A stretch of DNA of 64,000 nt from a virus. Shown one piece after another: positions 37,423-46,489 of the stretch. Position numbers and translations under genes: made by a program. The stretch spans positions 12,199-76,198 of IMG/VR virus record IMGVR_UViG_3300021957_004671; one strand, written 5' to 3'. Each line of letters begins with the position of its first letter. The first letter of the stretch is position 1. Below the pieces are notes generated by a model. That model was not told the origin of the DNA. It did no database searches and worked only from the letters and a program-made list of their open reading frames with translations.

Positions 37423-38101
37423 ATTTGTAAAAGATATTATGAAAGAAAACGAAGCACTGTTTAAAGCTTCTAAGATGAACGTGAAGAAGTACTTCGAAGA
37501 TCAGCCTGATCAGTCACATCTAGTAGACCACTTTATTGGACGTATGGTTAATGAGCATATGAACTTTGAAGAAATTACTCAGCAGCTACATGATAATGAT
37601 AAAATGCCTAAGGATGAGCGCAGACTACTTGCTAAACAAGCAATGGATGAAGCAAAGCATACTAAGATGGTACGCGAAGTTATCGAGCATATTCTCGGAG
37701 AAGAGATTGACTTTGATGCTGCAGTAGCTCGTGAAAAAGAACTTAATACTGCTAAAGGTGCTACGCTTCTAGAGACATACGGCGCTCAAGATGACGAGGC
37801 TGCTCTTGCTGCTTATCAATTAGTAGCTGAAGGACGAGCTCAAGCAGTATGGGATCAGATGGCTGATACTATTGAAGATGATTTCATTGCAATTAGATAT
37901 CGCGAGATCGCTAAAGACGAAGGTTTCCACTCTAAGATTGGTGCTCGTAAATTGTCTAAGATTGCTACAACTGAATCGATACAAGATAAGGTACGTACTC
38001 TAGTATCTAATATGAGAAAAGATCTCTTTGAGATTAGTTGCAAAAACACAACAGAAGCACCTGGCTCCCGTCAGTTGGTTCAAGAGGCTTACGGCTGGTA
38101 A
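37409..38101 (+). CDS. Ferritin-like di-iron protein
   Basis: NE...DEAKH...AE...DEGFH paired ExxH motifs. Confidence 0.82.
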   Translation: MTPTEFVKDIMKENEALFKASKMNVKKYFEDQPDQSHLVDHFIGRMVNEHMNFEEITQQLHDNDKMPKDERRLLAKQAMDEAKHTKMVREVIEHILGEEIDFDAAVAREKELNTAKGATLLETYGAQDDEAALAAYQLVAEGRAQAVWDQMADTIEDDFIAIRYREIAKDEGFHSKIGARKLSKIATTESIQDKVRTLVSNMRKDLFEISCKNTTEAPGSRQLVQEAYGW

Positions 38102-38104
38102 AAA

Positions 38105-38683
38105 ATGATTATAGGACTCTCCCAACGAGTCCTAACCTATAGGGAGAGGGAGTATGACTCTTTAAGCAGGGACTTTTATAAGTTCTTTAAGGGTCATACT
38201 CTTCTACCCATACCTAACGGGTATAGTATAGATTATGATGCGTTGGTAAATCAGATTGATATTTTTGTAATTACTGGTGGAGAAGCTCATCCAGATAGAA
38301 CTCAAACCGAGTTACTTATAGCACAAAAAATGACGTCGATTGGCAAACCAGTAGTTGGTATTTGTTATGGTGCATTCCTATTAACGGAAGTGTTAGAAGG
38401 ATCTGTACAGACAAAGTACGATATGCCTCATGGTGTTGATCATAAGATATTCTATCATACTGATCTAGAAGAATATGAAGTAAACTCTTTTCACAATCAA
38501 ATTATCACCCATGAGCCTCCAGGCTCAGAAGTACTATGTTCAGATGAATATGGTTATGTTGAAGCATGGGTTAAAGGGAATGTAGCAGCTGTAGTATGGC
38601 ACCCAGAAAGAATGAATGAACCCTGGTTACCATCTGAGATTAATAATCTTTTGAAAAAACAGTTGCAATATGTGTTACATTAG
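38105..38683 (+). CDS. Class I glutamine amidotransferase (PuuD/peptidase C26-like)
   Basis: ITGG, GICYG, VNSFH, WHPE catalytic triad. Confidence 0.88.
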   Translation: MIIGLSQRVLTYREREYDSLSRDFYKFFKGHTLLPIPNGYSIDYDALVNQIDIFVITGGEAHPDRTQTELLIAQKMTSIGKPVVGICYGAFLLTEVLEGSVQTKYDMPHGVDHKIFYHTDLEEYEVNSFHNQIITHEPPGSEVLCSDEYGYVEAWVKGNVAAVVWHPERMNEPWLPSEINNLLKKQLQYVLH

Positions 38684-38691
38684 GATATAAT
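38663..38691 (+). promoter_or_regulatory. Sigma70-type promoter
   Basis: TTGCAA-N17-TATAAT, ATG 6 nt downstream. Confidence 0.6.
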
Positions 38692-38697
38692 TATAGC

Positions 38698-39351
38698 ATG
38701 ATTAAATTAAAAGAACCATTAACAGTAAGAGATAGATGGAACTTCAAAGTTACCTATCTCGAAGAGCATGAATACCAGACCTTTACTCCAGAAGGAATGG
38801 CTTACATTATGTTGAATAAATCAATGTACTTCAATGACGATGGCTATATGGCCCATAAGACAGGATGTGTACAGACATCTTCAAGGTTCGGTATTACTAC
38901 CGATGAAGGCACCGCAGTTGTTATCGAGTATCCAGGATTACATCTTCTAGAGGATCGTATCTATATACAGAACGAACTAGATATGGGTAATCTTGCTTAC
39001 ATGGATGGCGGCACGAACACCACTGCTATTAACCCAGGCAGGTTAGGTGATCCGGTTGTAAACTATGTACACTTCCCTGCAGGTATGCACCAAACTCTAC
39101 ATACACATCCATCACATAGAATAGGATTATGTGTATCGGGTAACGGTAGAGTGCAGCTAGAAGGTCATGAGTACTTTGATGTGAAAAATGGCGAGGCATT
39201 CTTTATGCGACGCAACGAACTTCATAACTTTATGTGCCAAGATGAAGATGTAGTATTATTTGTGTGGGCTCCAGACTCTGGAACAGGTCCTACCGATGAA
39301 GTAAATCCTTTGAAAGTAAGAACTTATGTCGGGCAACAATTCACAAAATAA
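38698..39351 (+). CDS. Cupin-domain protein
   Basis: QTLHTHPSHR...G.G...ELHNF. Confidence 0.82.
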   Translation: MIKLKEPLTVRDRWNFKVTYLEEHEYQTFTPEGMAYIMLNKSMYFNDDGYMAHKTGCVQTSSRFGITTDEGTAVVIEYPGLHLLEDRIYIQNELDMGNLAYMDGGTNTTAINPGRLGDPVVNYVHFPAGMHQTLHTHPSHRIGLCVSGNGRVQLEGHEYFDVKNGEAFFMRRNELHNFMCQDEDVVLFVWAPDSGTGPTDEVNPLKVRTYVGQQFTK

Positions 39352-39985
39352 ACGTCTTCTCATTCTAGCAGGCGCTCAAGGTTCAGGTAACCATTTGTTT
39401 GCTAGATTATTCTCTCTACATGACAGCGTTAAAGGCTGGGATGAACTGCTTGAAAAGTATTGGGTACCTTCTGATGAGGAACCCTTCGCGAAAGCGTTTG
39501 TAGACCCTTCAGAGCTTAACGCTGAGCTATTGGAAGAGTATACGGTAATGAATGTGTCGTACCCGTTCATATACAATGGAGAGAAGGTTTATCCTAAGAT
39601 TAAAGAAGTGGCTAACCTAGCTACTGACTTAGGAGTTAAGGTACAGATTGGTATTATAGTAAGAGATCATAATATCAATCAATTGCAGCAGCAACGTGTA
39701 AGAGGCTATGTTGCATTTGAAGAGGCCAGAACTTATTTCAGACATTTAGATAATGAAGAGTATGATATACATTTCATTAGTCACGAATCCTTATTTGCAT
39801 ATCCTAATATGTATATGAGATATCTAGGACAGCAGTTAGATTTTCCTGTTGACTGGAAAAATGCTAGCAGTCATATTGACGTAGCACCTAATAGTAAGTA
39901 TGTAAAGTACGTTGAGGAGCATTGGCTTGATGAACTAGTTCACGCAGGCCTTCGCACTAAGAGCGAGAGGGGCATAGATAATTAA
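39326..39985 (+). CDS. Sulfotransferase-like P-loop protein
   Basis: LAGAQGSGNHLF, IIVRD, ISHESL. Confidence 0.6.
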   Translation: MSGNNSQNKRLLILAGAQGSGNHLFARLFSLHDSVKGWDELLEKYWVPSDEEPFAKAFVDPSELNAELLEEYTVMNVSYPFIYNGEKVYPKIKEVANLATDLGVKVQIGIIVRDHNINQLQQQRVRGYVAFEEARTYFRHLDNEEYDIHFISHESLFAYPNMYMRYLGQQLDFPVDWKNASSHIDVAPNSKYVKYVEEHWLDELVHAGLRTKSERGIDN

Positions 39986-40023
39986 AGGGAGGTGAGTCAA
40001 TCACTGGAACCCTCTCGCTCTTA
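39958..40023. terminator. 14-bp inverted repeat at convergent junction (possible bidirectional terminator/structured RNA)
   Basis: TAAGAGCGAGAGGG (39958-71) / CCCTCTCGCTCTTA (40010-23). Confidence 0.55.
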
Positions 40024-41844
40024 ATCCTTTTTATAAGTAAAGATTTCAATTAACTCTTCTTTACCTTTAACCTTGATATCACCAATCTTAACTGATTCAA
40101 TATCAACTAGCTTATCTTTAGTAAAGCCTGAGTATATTGTAGGCTGATCTATATAATCACCTCTAGCAGCAGTCGCCTCTAATCGCGCAGCTAGATTAAC
40201 CGCATCGCCGATAACACTATAATCAAAGCGGCTAACGGACCCCATATTACCAACAATACAGTCACCAGTATTAACTCCAGTCCCGACACGGATTGTTGGA
40301 AGACCCATTTCTCTATAAACTTCTTGTAACTCTTTAGTAGCATCTTCTATCTCCATAGCTGATTTTACTGCCATATCAGCATGATTATCGCACGGTAACG
40401 GAGCATTCCAAAAGGCCATAATACAATCGCCCATATACTTGTCAATAGTACCGCCGTTGTTAAGAATAATAGTAGTCATTTTATCTAAGTAGTTATTAAT
40501 AAGATTAACTAATCCTTCCGGATCATTATTGTTTTTATAGTGTTCTGATATTGGAGTAAATCCACATATATCCATAAACAGGAATGTCATCTCTTTTCTC
40601 TCACCGCCAAGTTTAAGGAGTGATGGATCTTTAGCAAGAGCATCAACCATATCTGGAGATAAGTAAGTACCGAACTGTCCTTTTATCATCTGCTTCTGCT
40701 TAAAGTTAGTATAGAATTGTACAAAAGAACCATGAGCAAATACAAGCATGAGAGTTAAAAGAGGGAACGTTGGATCAAATAAGAAATAATTATAACTGAA
40801 TAGATCAGATGCTCCATACACAACACCCATTGAGAATACTATGAATACACCACCAGCAACTAATATAGGTGCTAACCTCAGAAATAATATAACTAGTATG
40901 GAAAGAAGTACTGTTGTAATGATTTCGTATATCATGAACTCAGGCATTCTTTTAATGCTGACTCCATCGATCATAGTTTTAAGCAAGTTAGCCTGAACAT
41001 CATGAGGGTACATTGAACCTAATGGTGTAGATACTATAGTACTTCCGTTAAATGTAGCTCCTAGTATAGCAATAGATCCGGCTGGAATTTTATCTATATC
41101 AGTAAATGAGTATCTCTTAAATTTGTTCCAATATGCTACAGTTACATTACCTTGATTGTCTGTAACGATATTATCAAACTTTGGAATACGTACAAATAGA
41201 ATACCAAGAGGGTCAGTCTTAATCTGAAATGTTGTATCACCTGCTGTAACTCTAAGTATATCTAGAGCAAAGGATGGATACATTTTATCTTCGTACAAAT
41301 TAACTAGAGGTATACGTCTAATAATACCATCCTGATCTCTAGTACTATCTACAAGTCCGAATCCATATGCTGATTCATGCAGTTCAGGTCTAGCGAATAA
41401 TAATCCGTCTTTCTCTCGTACAAAGTTAGAGATTGGATCTTCTCCGAATTGAGCAAGTCCAGGTACTCTAGGTCTATAGTCTGTATTGGTTCGGTCACTA
41501 GAACTGATTGCAAGAATCGATGTCATTCCAAACAATGTATCTGATAAGGCTTTATCTCCACCAGTTCTATCTTCCTCACTCATTATAATATTAATACCGA
41601 GGATAGAATCTTTTGCTTTGTATAGTTCCTTAGCTAATATATCTCTCGGTAAAGGATATTGACCATACTTAGCAAGTGTATCTTCATCTATATCAATTAG
41701 TACAATTTGCTCTGATTGTTCTGGTGCTTGACTGCGTTGGAGAAAATCGAAGAAAGAAAGTCGAGCACTTTCCATTAAGAAGGGATCGAGTACTCTTAGT
41801 CCTATAAGAAGAACTAATGTAATTAATACGTGCCAGATTTTCAT
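40021..41844 (-). CDS. CHASE2-domain class III adenylate/guanylate cyclase
   Basis: IVLIDIDE...G.YPLPR, DQDGIIRR (CHASE2), 3 TMs, FMDICGF, DKYMGDCIMAFW, IGDAVNLAARLE, VKGK. Confidence 0.93.
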   Translation of the reverse strand: MKIWHVLITLVLLIGLRVLDPFLMESARLSFFDFLQRSQAPEQSEQIVLIDIDEDTLAKYGQYPLPRDILAKELYKAKDSILGINIIMSEEDRTGGDKALSDTLFGMTSILAISSSDRTNTDYRPRVPGLAQFGEDPISNFVREKDGLLFARPELHESAYGFGLVDSTRDQDGIIRRIPLVNLYEDKMYPSFALDILRVTAGDTTFQIKTDPLGILFVRIPKFDNIVTDNQGNVTVAYWNKFKRYSFTDIDKIPAGSIAILGATFNGSTIVSTPLGSMYPHDVQANLLKTMIDGVSIKRMPEFMIYEIITTVLLSILVILFLRLAPILVAGGVFIVFSMGVVYGASDLFSYNYFLFDPTFPLLTLMLVFAHGSFVQFYTNFKQKQMIKGQFGTYLSPDMVDALAKDPSLLKLGGERKEMTFLFMDICGFTPISEHYKNNNDPEGLVNLINNYLDKMTTIILNNGGTIDKYMGDCIMAFWNAPLPCDNHADMAVKSAMEIEDATKELQEVYREMGLPTIRVGTGVNTGDCIVGNMGSVSRFDYSVIGDAVNLAARLEATAARGDYIDQPTIYSGFTKDKLVDIESVKIGDIKVKGKEELIEIFTYKKD

Positions 41845-42221
41845 TAATTTACCAGACTGTAGTTATGAGCAATAGTAACACTAAGAATACCATTTACAAT
41901 ATTAATAGTCATTCTATCCCCATAATAATGAATAATAGTACCAAGCACAGCTTTATGGATTATTAGATCAGAGAGAGATGGTCTCTTAGGCAGCAAAGGG
42001 TTAATTTCTCTGCAGTCAGAACACTTTCTCATTGCTCTGTCTGTTGTATATACATCTAAAGCATTAAGAGTCCAGAACAACAACATCTGATTGTCTGTTG
42101 GCTGATCAAAAGTCTGAACCGGAGCATCACTGATATGATATTCCCAGTCTGGTTTAGGTCCATATACTTCTGCATGAAGGGGAGTTGAAAATAGTATTAA
42201 AAATAGTAGAAGTTTTTTCAT
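41844..42221 (-). CDS. Signal-peptide membrane protein
   Basis: MKKLLLFLILFSTPLHA; ALDVYTT...EINPLLP. Confidence 0.7.
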   Translation of the reverse strand: MKKLLLFLILFSTPLHAEVYGPKPDWEYHISDAPVQTFDQPTDNQMLLFWTLNALDVYTTDRAMRKCSDCREINPLLPKRPSLSDLIIHKAVLGTIIHYYGDRMTINIVNGILSVTIAHNYSLVN

Positions 42222-43336
42222 TGCTTTATATTTATAACAGTTGCTGACCCGTTAATTATAACAGGATCTAGCTCTTTACCGCCTTGCATTAAATTTACTT
42301 CAGTCTCTGCATCGGCCTCAAGATCTGCTCTAAAGCTTCCAGTAACCTCTCTTCTTAGAGATAAAAGGTTACCGTCTATAATAGTACTAAATTGGGTATC
42401 AGAATCGAATCCTTCTTCTGTGCCTTGTATAGCAGCTGTACCAGTAAACTCTTTAGTACCTAGATTATCCATATCAAGATCACTATAATCATCTAGTAAA
42501 TCTTCTAATAGATCAACATCAAGATAGTTAATATCTAGTTCAGTATACTCTAACAGATCTTCTTCTAATTCGTCCTCTAAAAGTTGCTCATCTAAGAAAT
42601 CTATATTAAGGGGATTAACATTCTTATTAGCATTAACTGAAGAGTAAAATTCATCTACTGTTTCTACTCTCTTAGGAGGTGAAATGATCATTATATTATC
42701 TAACATATCTAACGTTAGATCTAATATAGCAGGTGTGGAAGGAAATGACTCCAGAACTGATGCAGTAGTTGATTCAAATGGCTTATTAAGAGTAACATCA
42801 CCCATCTGAGTTGATACTATAATTTCACCAGATGATAATCCATTAACGTCAGGTAACAATACTACAAGAGTTCTTCCTAACTCATCAACAGTTACTGTAA
42901 AGTCAGTACCTCTAATGGATATAGAGGCGCTTGGTGTTCTCAGGCTTATATTCTCTTGATTAATCCTTCCAATCTCACCAGATACAAATCTAGCTGTTCC
43001 TTGTGCAAAGGTCATAGCCAATGAAGACTTGGAAGGATCGGGGTCAAGAACTACTTTATCTAATATAATACGAGAGTGCTCAGTCATTCTAAGCTTAGAC
43101 TCATCAACAAATAGAATCTCCATTCGACCCTCGCCTGTGCGAAGGTCGTCCTTAGAAACTATATCAGAACCAGATGTAGGCTCTAACTTACTCTCATCTC
43201 TTACAATCTGACGCCAACCAATAGCTCGGTTAACTTCACCAACGTCAGCTACTGGATTACTAGCAGCCTGTTGCGGAGCCAGAATCAGACTGACTAATAC
43301 AAAGAGTTGCAGGAGTTGTTGTTGTGCCTGATCCAC
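42218..43336 (-). CDS. FecR-domain periplasmic protein
   Basis: Signal peptide; DDLRTGEGRMEILFVDESKL, GTARF, TPSASISIRGTDFTV; acidic linker. Confidence 0.85.
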   Translation of the reverse strand: MDQAQQQLLQLFVLVSLILAPQQAASNPVADVGEVNRAIGWRQIVRDESKLEPTSGSDIVSKDDLRTGEGRMEILFVDESKLRMTEHSRIILDKVVLDPDPSKSSLAMTFAQGTARFVSGEIGRINQENISLRTPSASISIRGTDFTVTVDELGRTLVVLLPDVNGLSSGEIIVSTQMGDVTLNKPFESTTASVLESFPSTPAILDLTLDMLDNIMIISPPKRVETVDEFYSSVNANKNVNPLNIDFLDEQLLEDELEEDLLEYTELDINYLDVDLLEDLLDDYSDLDMDNLGTKEFTGTAAIQGTEEGFDSDTQFSTIIDGNLLSLRREVTGSFRADLEADAETEVNLMQGGKELDPVIINGSATVINIKQ

Positions 43337-43988
43337 TGAATTCCACCGTTACATTATCGCTCTGAAGCGTTGATTGCTGATCTATTGTAATATCTATGTT
43401 ACTACCGACTCCAGTAATGGATGAAGTATGACCATCATACCCATCTGCATCGTAAGCAATGCTTACATTGTCGCCGTCAATATCTAGATATGTATCTACA
43501 TCATTGCTGTCAATATTGTAATCAAGATTAAAGTAGTCACCAAGTAATGTCCAATCAAGTACTAGACCAGTTGCCTGATCGTCAGTAGCAATATCAAGAT
43601 CAATACTAGCACTATTACCGTCTAAATCAATCTTTATATCACTACTGTCACCGCCATATGTATCTGTAGGATCAACGTCAATAGCCAGGCTATTCGTATC
43701 ACCGTCAATATCAATAACAGTAGTAGTAGTACCTATAATGTTACCTATTACTTTGTTAGTACTTCCAACTGTAGATATGCTTACAGCGGAATTATCACCA
43801 TCAATTTTCATAGCTGTAGTACCATCTAGACTACCAGCTATGATATTACCACTACCATCTTGAGTTAAGTTGATATCAGAACCACTACCTACTTGATCTA
43901 TATAGATGGTATTATCCTGTGCAGCTGCATTATAAGAAGTCATAGCGAAAAGTAAGCACATCGAATATTTTAAATGTCTTAACTTCAT
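43260..43988 (-). CDS. Curlin-like (CsgA/CsgB-like) secreted beta-repeat protein
   Basis: Signal peptide; NTIYIDQVGSGSDINLTQDGSGN and alternating I/D-G repeats; follows csgG. Confidence 0.65.
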   Translation of the reverse strand: MKLRHLKYSMCLLFAMTSYNAAAQDNTIYIDQVGSGSDINLTQDGSGNIIAGSLDGTTAMKIDGDNSAVSISTVGSTNKVIGNIIGTTTTVIDIDGDTNSLAIDVDPTDTYGGDSSDIKIDLDGNSASIDLDIATDDQATGLVLDWTLLGDYFNLDYNIDSNDVDTYLDIDGDNVSIAYDADGYDGHTSSITGVGSNIDITIDQQSTLQSDNVTVEFSGSGTTTTPATLCISQSDSGSATGC

Positions 43989-44797
43989 TAGTCTTCCCCT
44001 TTGAAGGTCCAAAACCCTGAGGCCGCGCCTCTGTTAATAAGCTCAAGGACTCCTGTCTCGATAGCACGTTGAGTTGCAATCGAAACGCTTTCGTTACGGG
44101 CCAAGCCACTCTCGATTTCGACGAGAGAGGTTCCCTGTTCTATAAACCGGAATACATCACCTGACATATTCGTCGATAATATAGTCTTAGAAGAGATAAC
44201 CTCTAAAACAACCTCACCAGTCGCAACACTAATTAACCTAATGTTAATAGTAACTGTGTCACGACTAAACTGTCTCATTGCTCCAATACCAAGATATCTG
44301 GCACCAGAACCACCCGAGTCAGAAGAGTGATCATAACCAACTATTCCACCTGTAACTAATAGTCCCGCAAATTTAAGCGCTGGGAGTTTAGTAGCATCTT
44401 CCCCATCATAACTCTGACGAGTCTGTCTAATAAGCTGTCGCTCTTTAGTTAGATCGTCAAGAATAGTTCTATCAATCACTGTAAAGAACCTACCACGAGC
44501 GGCTCTTAACAGTGCTCTTGTTAAATACACATCAGGAGCTTGAGTAACGGCTGAACTAAATGACGTTCCCCCTGCTGCATTCTGTTTTTTCTGTCCTGTC
44601 AAGTCTCCAAACCTATAAATGGCGACTGTTGGTGATCTTACTGGTGCAGGTAAATTATATAAATCTTCCGATAAGAGTTCCTGCTGTACTTTGGCAGGCT
44701 CAATATCTTTTGGAATATCTATTTTACTATAGCTTGCACAGCTAGATACCAAAATCGCCGACAGGAATAGACACGACCGTTGTAACACCGTTCTCAT
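43988..44797 (-). CDS. csgG: Curli secretion channel lipoprotein CsgG
   Basis: Lipobox LVSSC; VAIYRFGDLTGQ, FSSAVTQ, LTKERQLIR, GGIVGYD, GARYLGIG, SKTILS. Confidence 0.93.
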   Translation of the reverse strand: MRTVLQRSCLFLSAILVSSCASYSKIDIPKDIEPAKVQQELLSEDLYNLPAPVRSPTVAIYRFGDLTGQKKQNAAGGTSFSSAVTQAPDVYLTRALLRAARGRFFTVIDRTILDDLTKERQLIRQTRQSYDGEDATKLPALKFAGLLVTGGIVGYDHSSDSGGSGARYLGIGAMRQFSRDTVTINIRLISVATGEVVLEVISSKTILSTNMSGDVFRFIEQGTSLVEIESGLARNESVSIATQRAIETGVLELINRGAASGFWTFKGED

Positions 44798-45281
44798 CTG
44801 TTATTGTTAACTCCACAAAATCGCCATTATTGACGTATGAAATCCCCACTCCATCCAATTCAAAGGAACCAGTACTGCTTGGATTCTCACCAAACATACT
44901 TTCAACTAATTGTCTTGAAAGAGTAGAGTATACTCTCGATTCAAAGTTACGCAAAAATCTTGCTAATGTTGTACTCTCTGCTTCACGCTCAGCATCCCTA
45001 GCTGCATCTTCTAAATCTTGTGCATTCTGTTTCTTACGAGTGCTTTCTTGATTCTCGATAGTCAGATAGTGAGAAGAAGTATTCTGACCGTTAAATGAGG
45101 GCGACTTAAACTTATGTTCTGATGGTCCTGCTGTCGCCTTGCATGCTAATACTAATGATAAGCCAAAAATTAAACCAACTGTAAATGACTTAACAATCTC
45201 ACCAAATGAGCAATTATATATCCCGATGGACTTACGCATTCTTGCCCAAGCATCCTGCTCAATTTTACTTCTTCTTTGCAT
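44742..45281 (-). CDS. csgF: Curli assembly protein CsgF
   Basis: Signal peptide; FKSPSFNG...HYLTIENQE; FESRVYSTLSRQLV; ITDENG.TTVVSIP; adjacent to csgG. Confidence 0.82.
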   Translation of the reverse strand: MQRRSKIEQDAWARMRKSIGIYNCSFGEIVKSFTVGLIFGLSLVLACKATAGPSEHKFKSPSFNGQNTSSHYLTIENQESTRKKQNAQDLEDAARDAEREAESTTLARFLRNFESRVYSTLSRQLVESMFGENPSSTGSFELDGVGISYVNNGDFVELTITDENGVTTVVSIPVGDFGI

Positions 45282-45519
45282 CGTCAGCCTCTTTTCGTCT
45301 ATATTCAAGCACGACATTTACCTTCTGTTGTAGTCGTATTAGATCTTGGTCTAGCATACGGGTTTGATCAATAACTCTTATAAGAGCTATATGCATTTCT
45401 TCAAGCTTAGGGTCTAGTCTATCGGTTACAAATTTCCATACATAATAAATAAAATATCCTAGACCTACTAATGCTACTGTTTGAAATCCAAACTCTGCAA
45501 TTAGTTGTCCCAAATCCAT
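45265..45519 (-). CDS. Small membrane protein with coiled coil
   Basis: LIAEFGFQTVALVGLGYFIYYVW...RMLDQDLIRL. Confidence 0.75.
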   Translation of the reverse strand: MDLGQLIAEFGFQTVALVGLGYFIYYVWKFVTDRLDPKLEEMHIALIRVIDQTRMLDQDLIRLQQKVNVVLEYRRKEADDAKKK

Positions 45520-45812
45520 TAATCCCTTCTTGCATCTATGCTTCCATCCTCAACAAAGTTCTCTGATCGAGCGACTCGATCAATATCAGGCTGTAAATCC
45601 AATGCACTAGAGACCAATAAATCAATCTTGATAATCTCATTACTCATAGTACGGGTTCTATTCTCAAGTCCTTTGCAGAAGATAGTTAGTGTGTCAATCT
45701 GCCCAAGCACGCCTTCAAGGATCTGTTTAATTACCAGAAAGATAAAAAAACCAGCTCCGATGGCAGCGGCGATAGGTACACCAACTTCTCGTATTAATTC
45801 AAATATATCCAT
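45519..45812 (-). CDS. Small membrane protein, paralog of previous
   Basis: LIREVGVPIAAAIGAGFFIFLVI...RTMSNEIIKI. Confidence 0.75.
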   Translation of the reverse strand: MDIFELIREVGVPIAAAIGAGFFIFLVIKQILEGVLGQIDTLTIFCKGLENRTRTMSNEIIKIDLLVSSALDLQPDIDRVARSENFVEDGSIDARRD

Positions 45813-45817
45813 CTCTA

Positions 45818-45848
45818 TATTTAGCTAATCCTATACTAAAGCTAAATA
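45818..45848. promoter_or_regulatory. Divergent pair of late promoters
   Basis: CTAAATA on minus strand (45824-18) and plus strand (45842-48), 5 and 6 nt from the ATGs. Confidence 0.75.
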
Positions 45849-45854
45849 TCACGT

Positions 45855-46484
45855 ATGAAACTACTTAAAACAGATTATATGATTAATCCAAAGAAGTATT
45901 GGGTTATGGAGTCAGTTCAACCTCTGACATATGATGATCTAGAGCTATTCGATCAAAATGGATATGATCTATGTAAAGCTGAGCAGAAGTTTGCGGACGG
46001 TAATGGTTACTCACCACAAGAGCATCGATATAGATATACATGTAAGGCGCCTTGGTACTTAGAGACGCATCGAGAGATGAGTGGACCTCATTTAAATCAC
46101 GCTGATCTTTACTTCAGAAGAGGTTTCAGCGGTGATGCAAAGGAACAGCTTAAAAGATTAGCACAAGAAGATGCAGCATTCTATAAATTAATGGCAATGA
46201 GACCAAAATGGGGTGTTGATATGAGTGTTGACTATGCTGATAGTGATGGTAATGTATTTGAATTATTACATTTTGAATGGGACGGCTTTGATTACTATGA
46301 GGTTCTAAAGAATAAACTATTAGTTGAAGATGTTATTGCTAATATAGATTGGTATAAAGGCGCTAATGAAATGCTTGAACGTAAGGAAGAATGGCATACT
46401 TTAGACTTCTTTGGACAATCAGATTGGAAGCAGGCTTACTGGGGACTACCTAGAGAGCAGTTTAAAGAAGTCATATGGGAATAA
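45855..46484 (+). CDS. Hypothetical protein
   Basis: LFDQNGYDL...RPKWGVDMSVDY; long ORF. Confidence 0.8.
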   Translation: MKLLKTDYMINPKKYWVMESVQPLTYDDLELFDQNGYDLCKAEQKFADGNGYSPQEHRYRYTCKAPWYLETHREMSGPHLNHADLYFRRGFSGDAKEQLKRLAQEDAAFYKLMAMRPKWGVDMSVDYADSDGNVFELLHFEWDGFDYYEVLKNKLLVEDVIANIDWYKGANEMLERKEEWHTLDFFGQSDWKQAYWGLPREQFKEVIWE

Positions 46485-46489
46485 TAAGC

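Noticed and set aside
40021-45812. Host contamination as origin of the curli/cyclase block
   Set aside because: It has a phage-type late motif, similar AT-rich composition and seamless packing; read-level confirmation is still advisable
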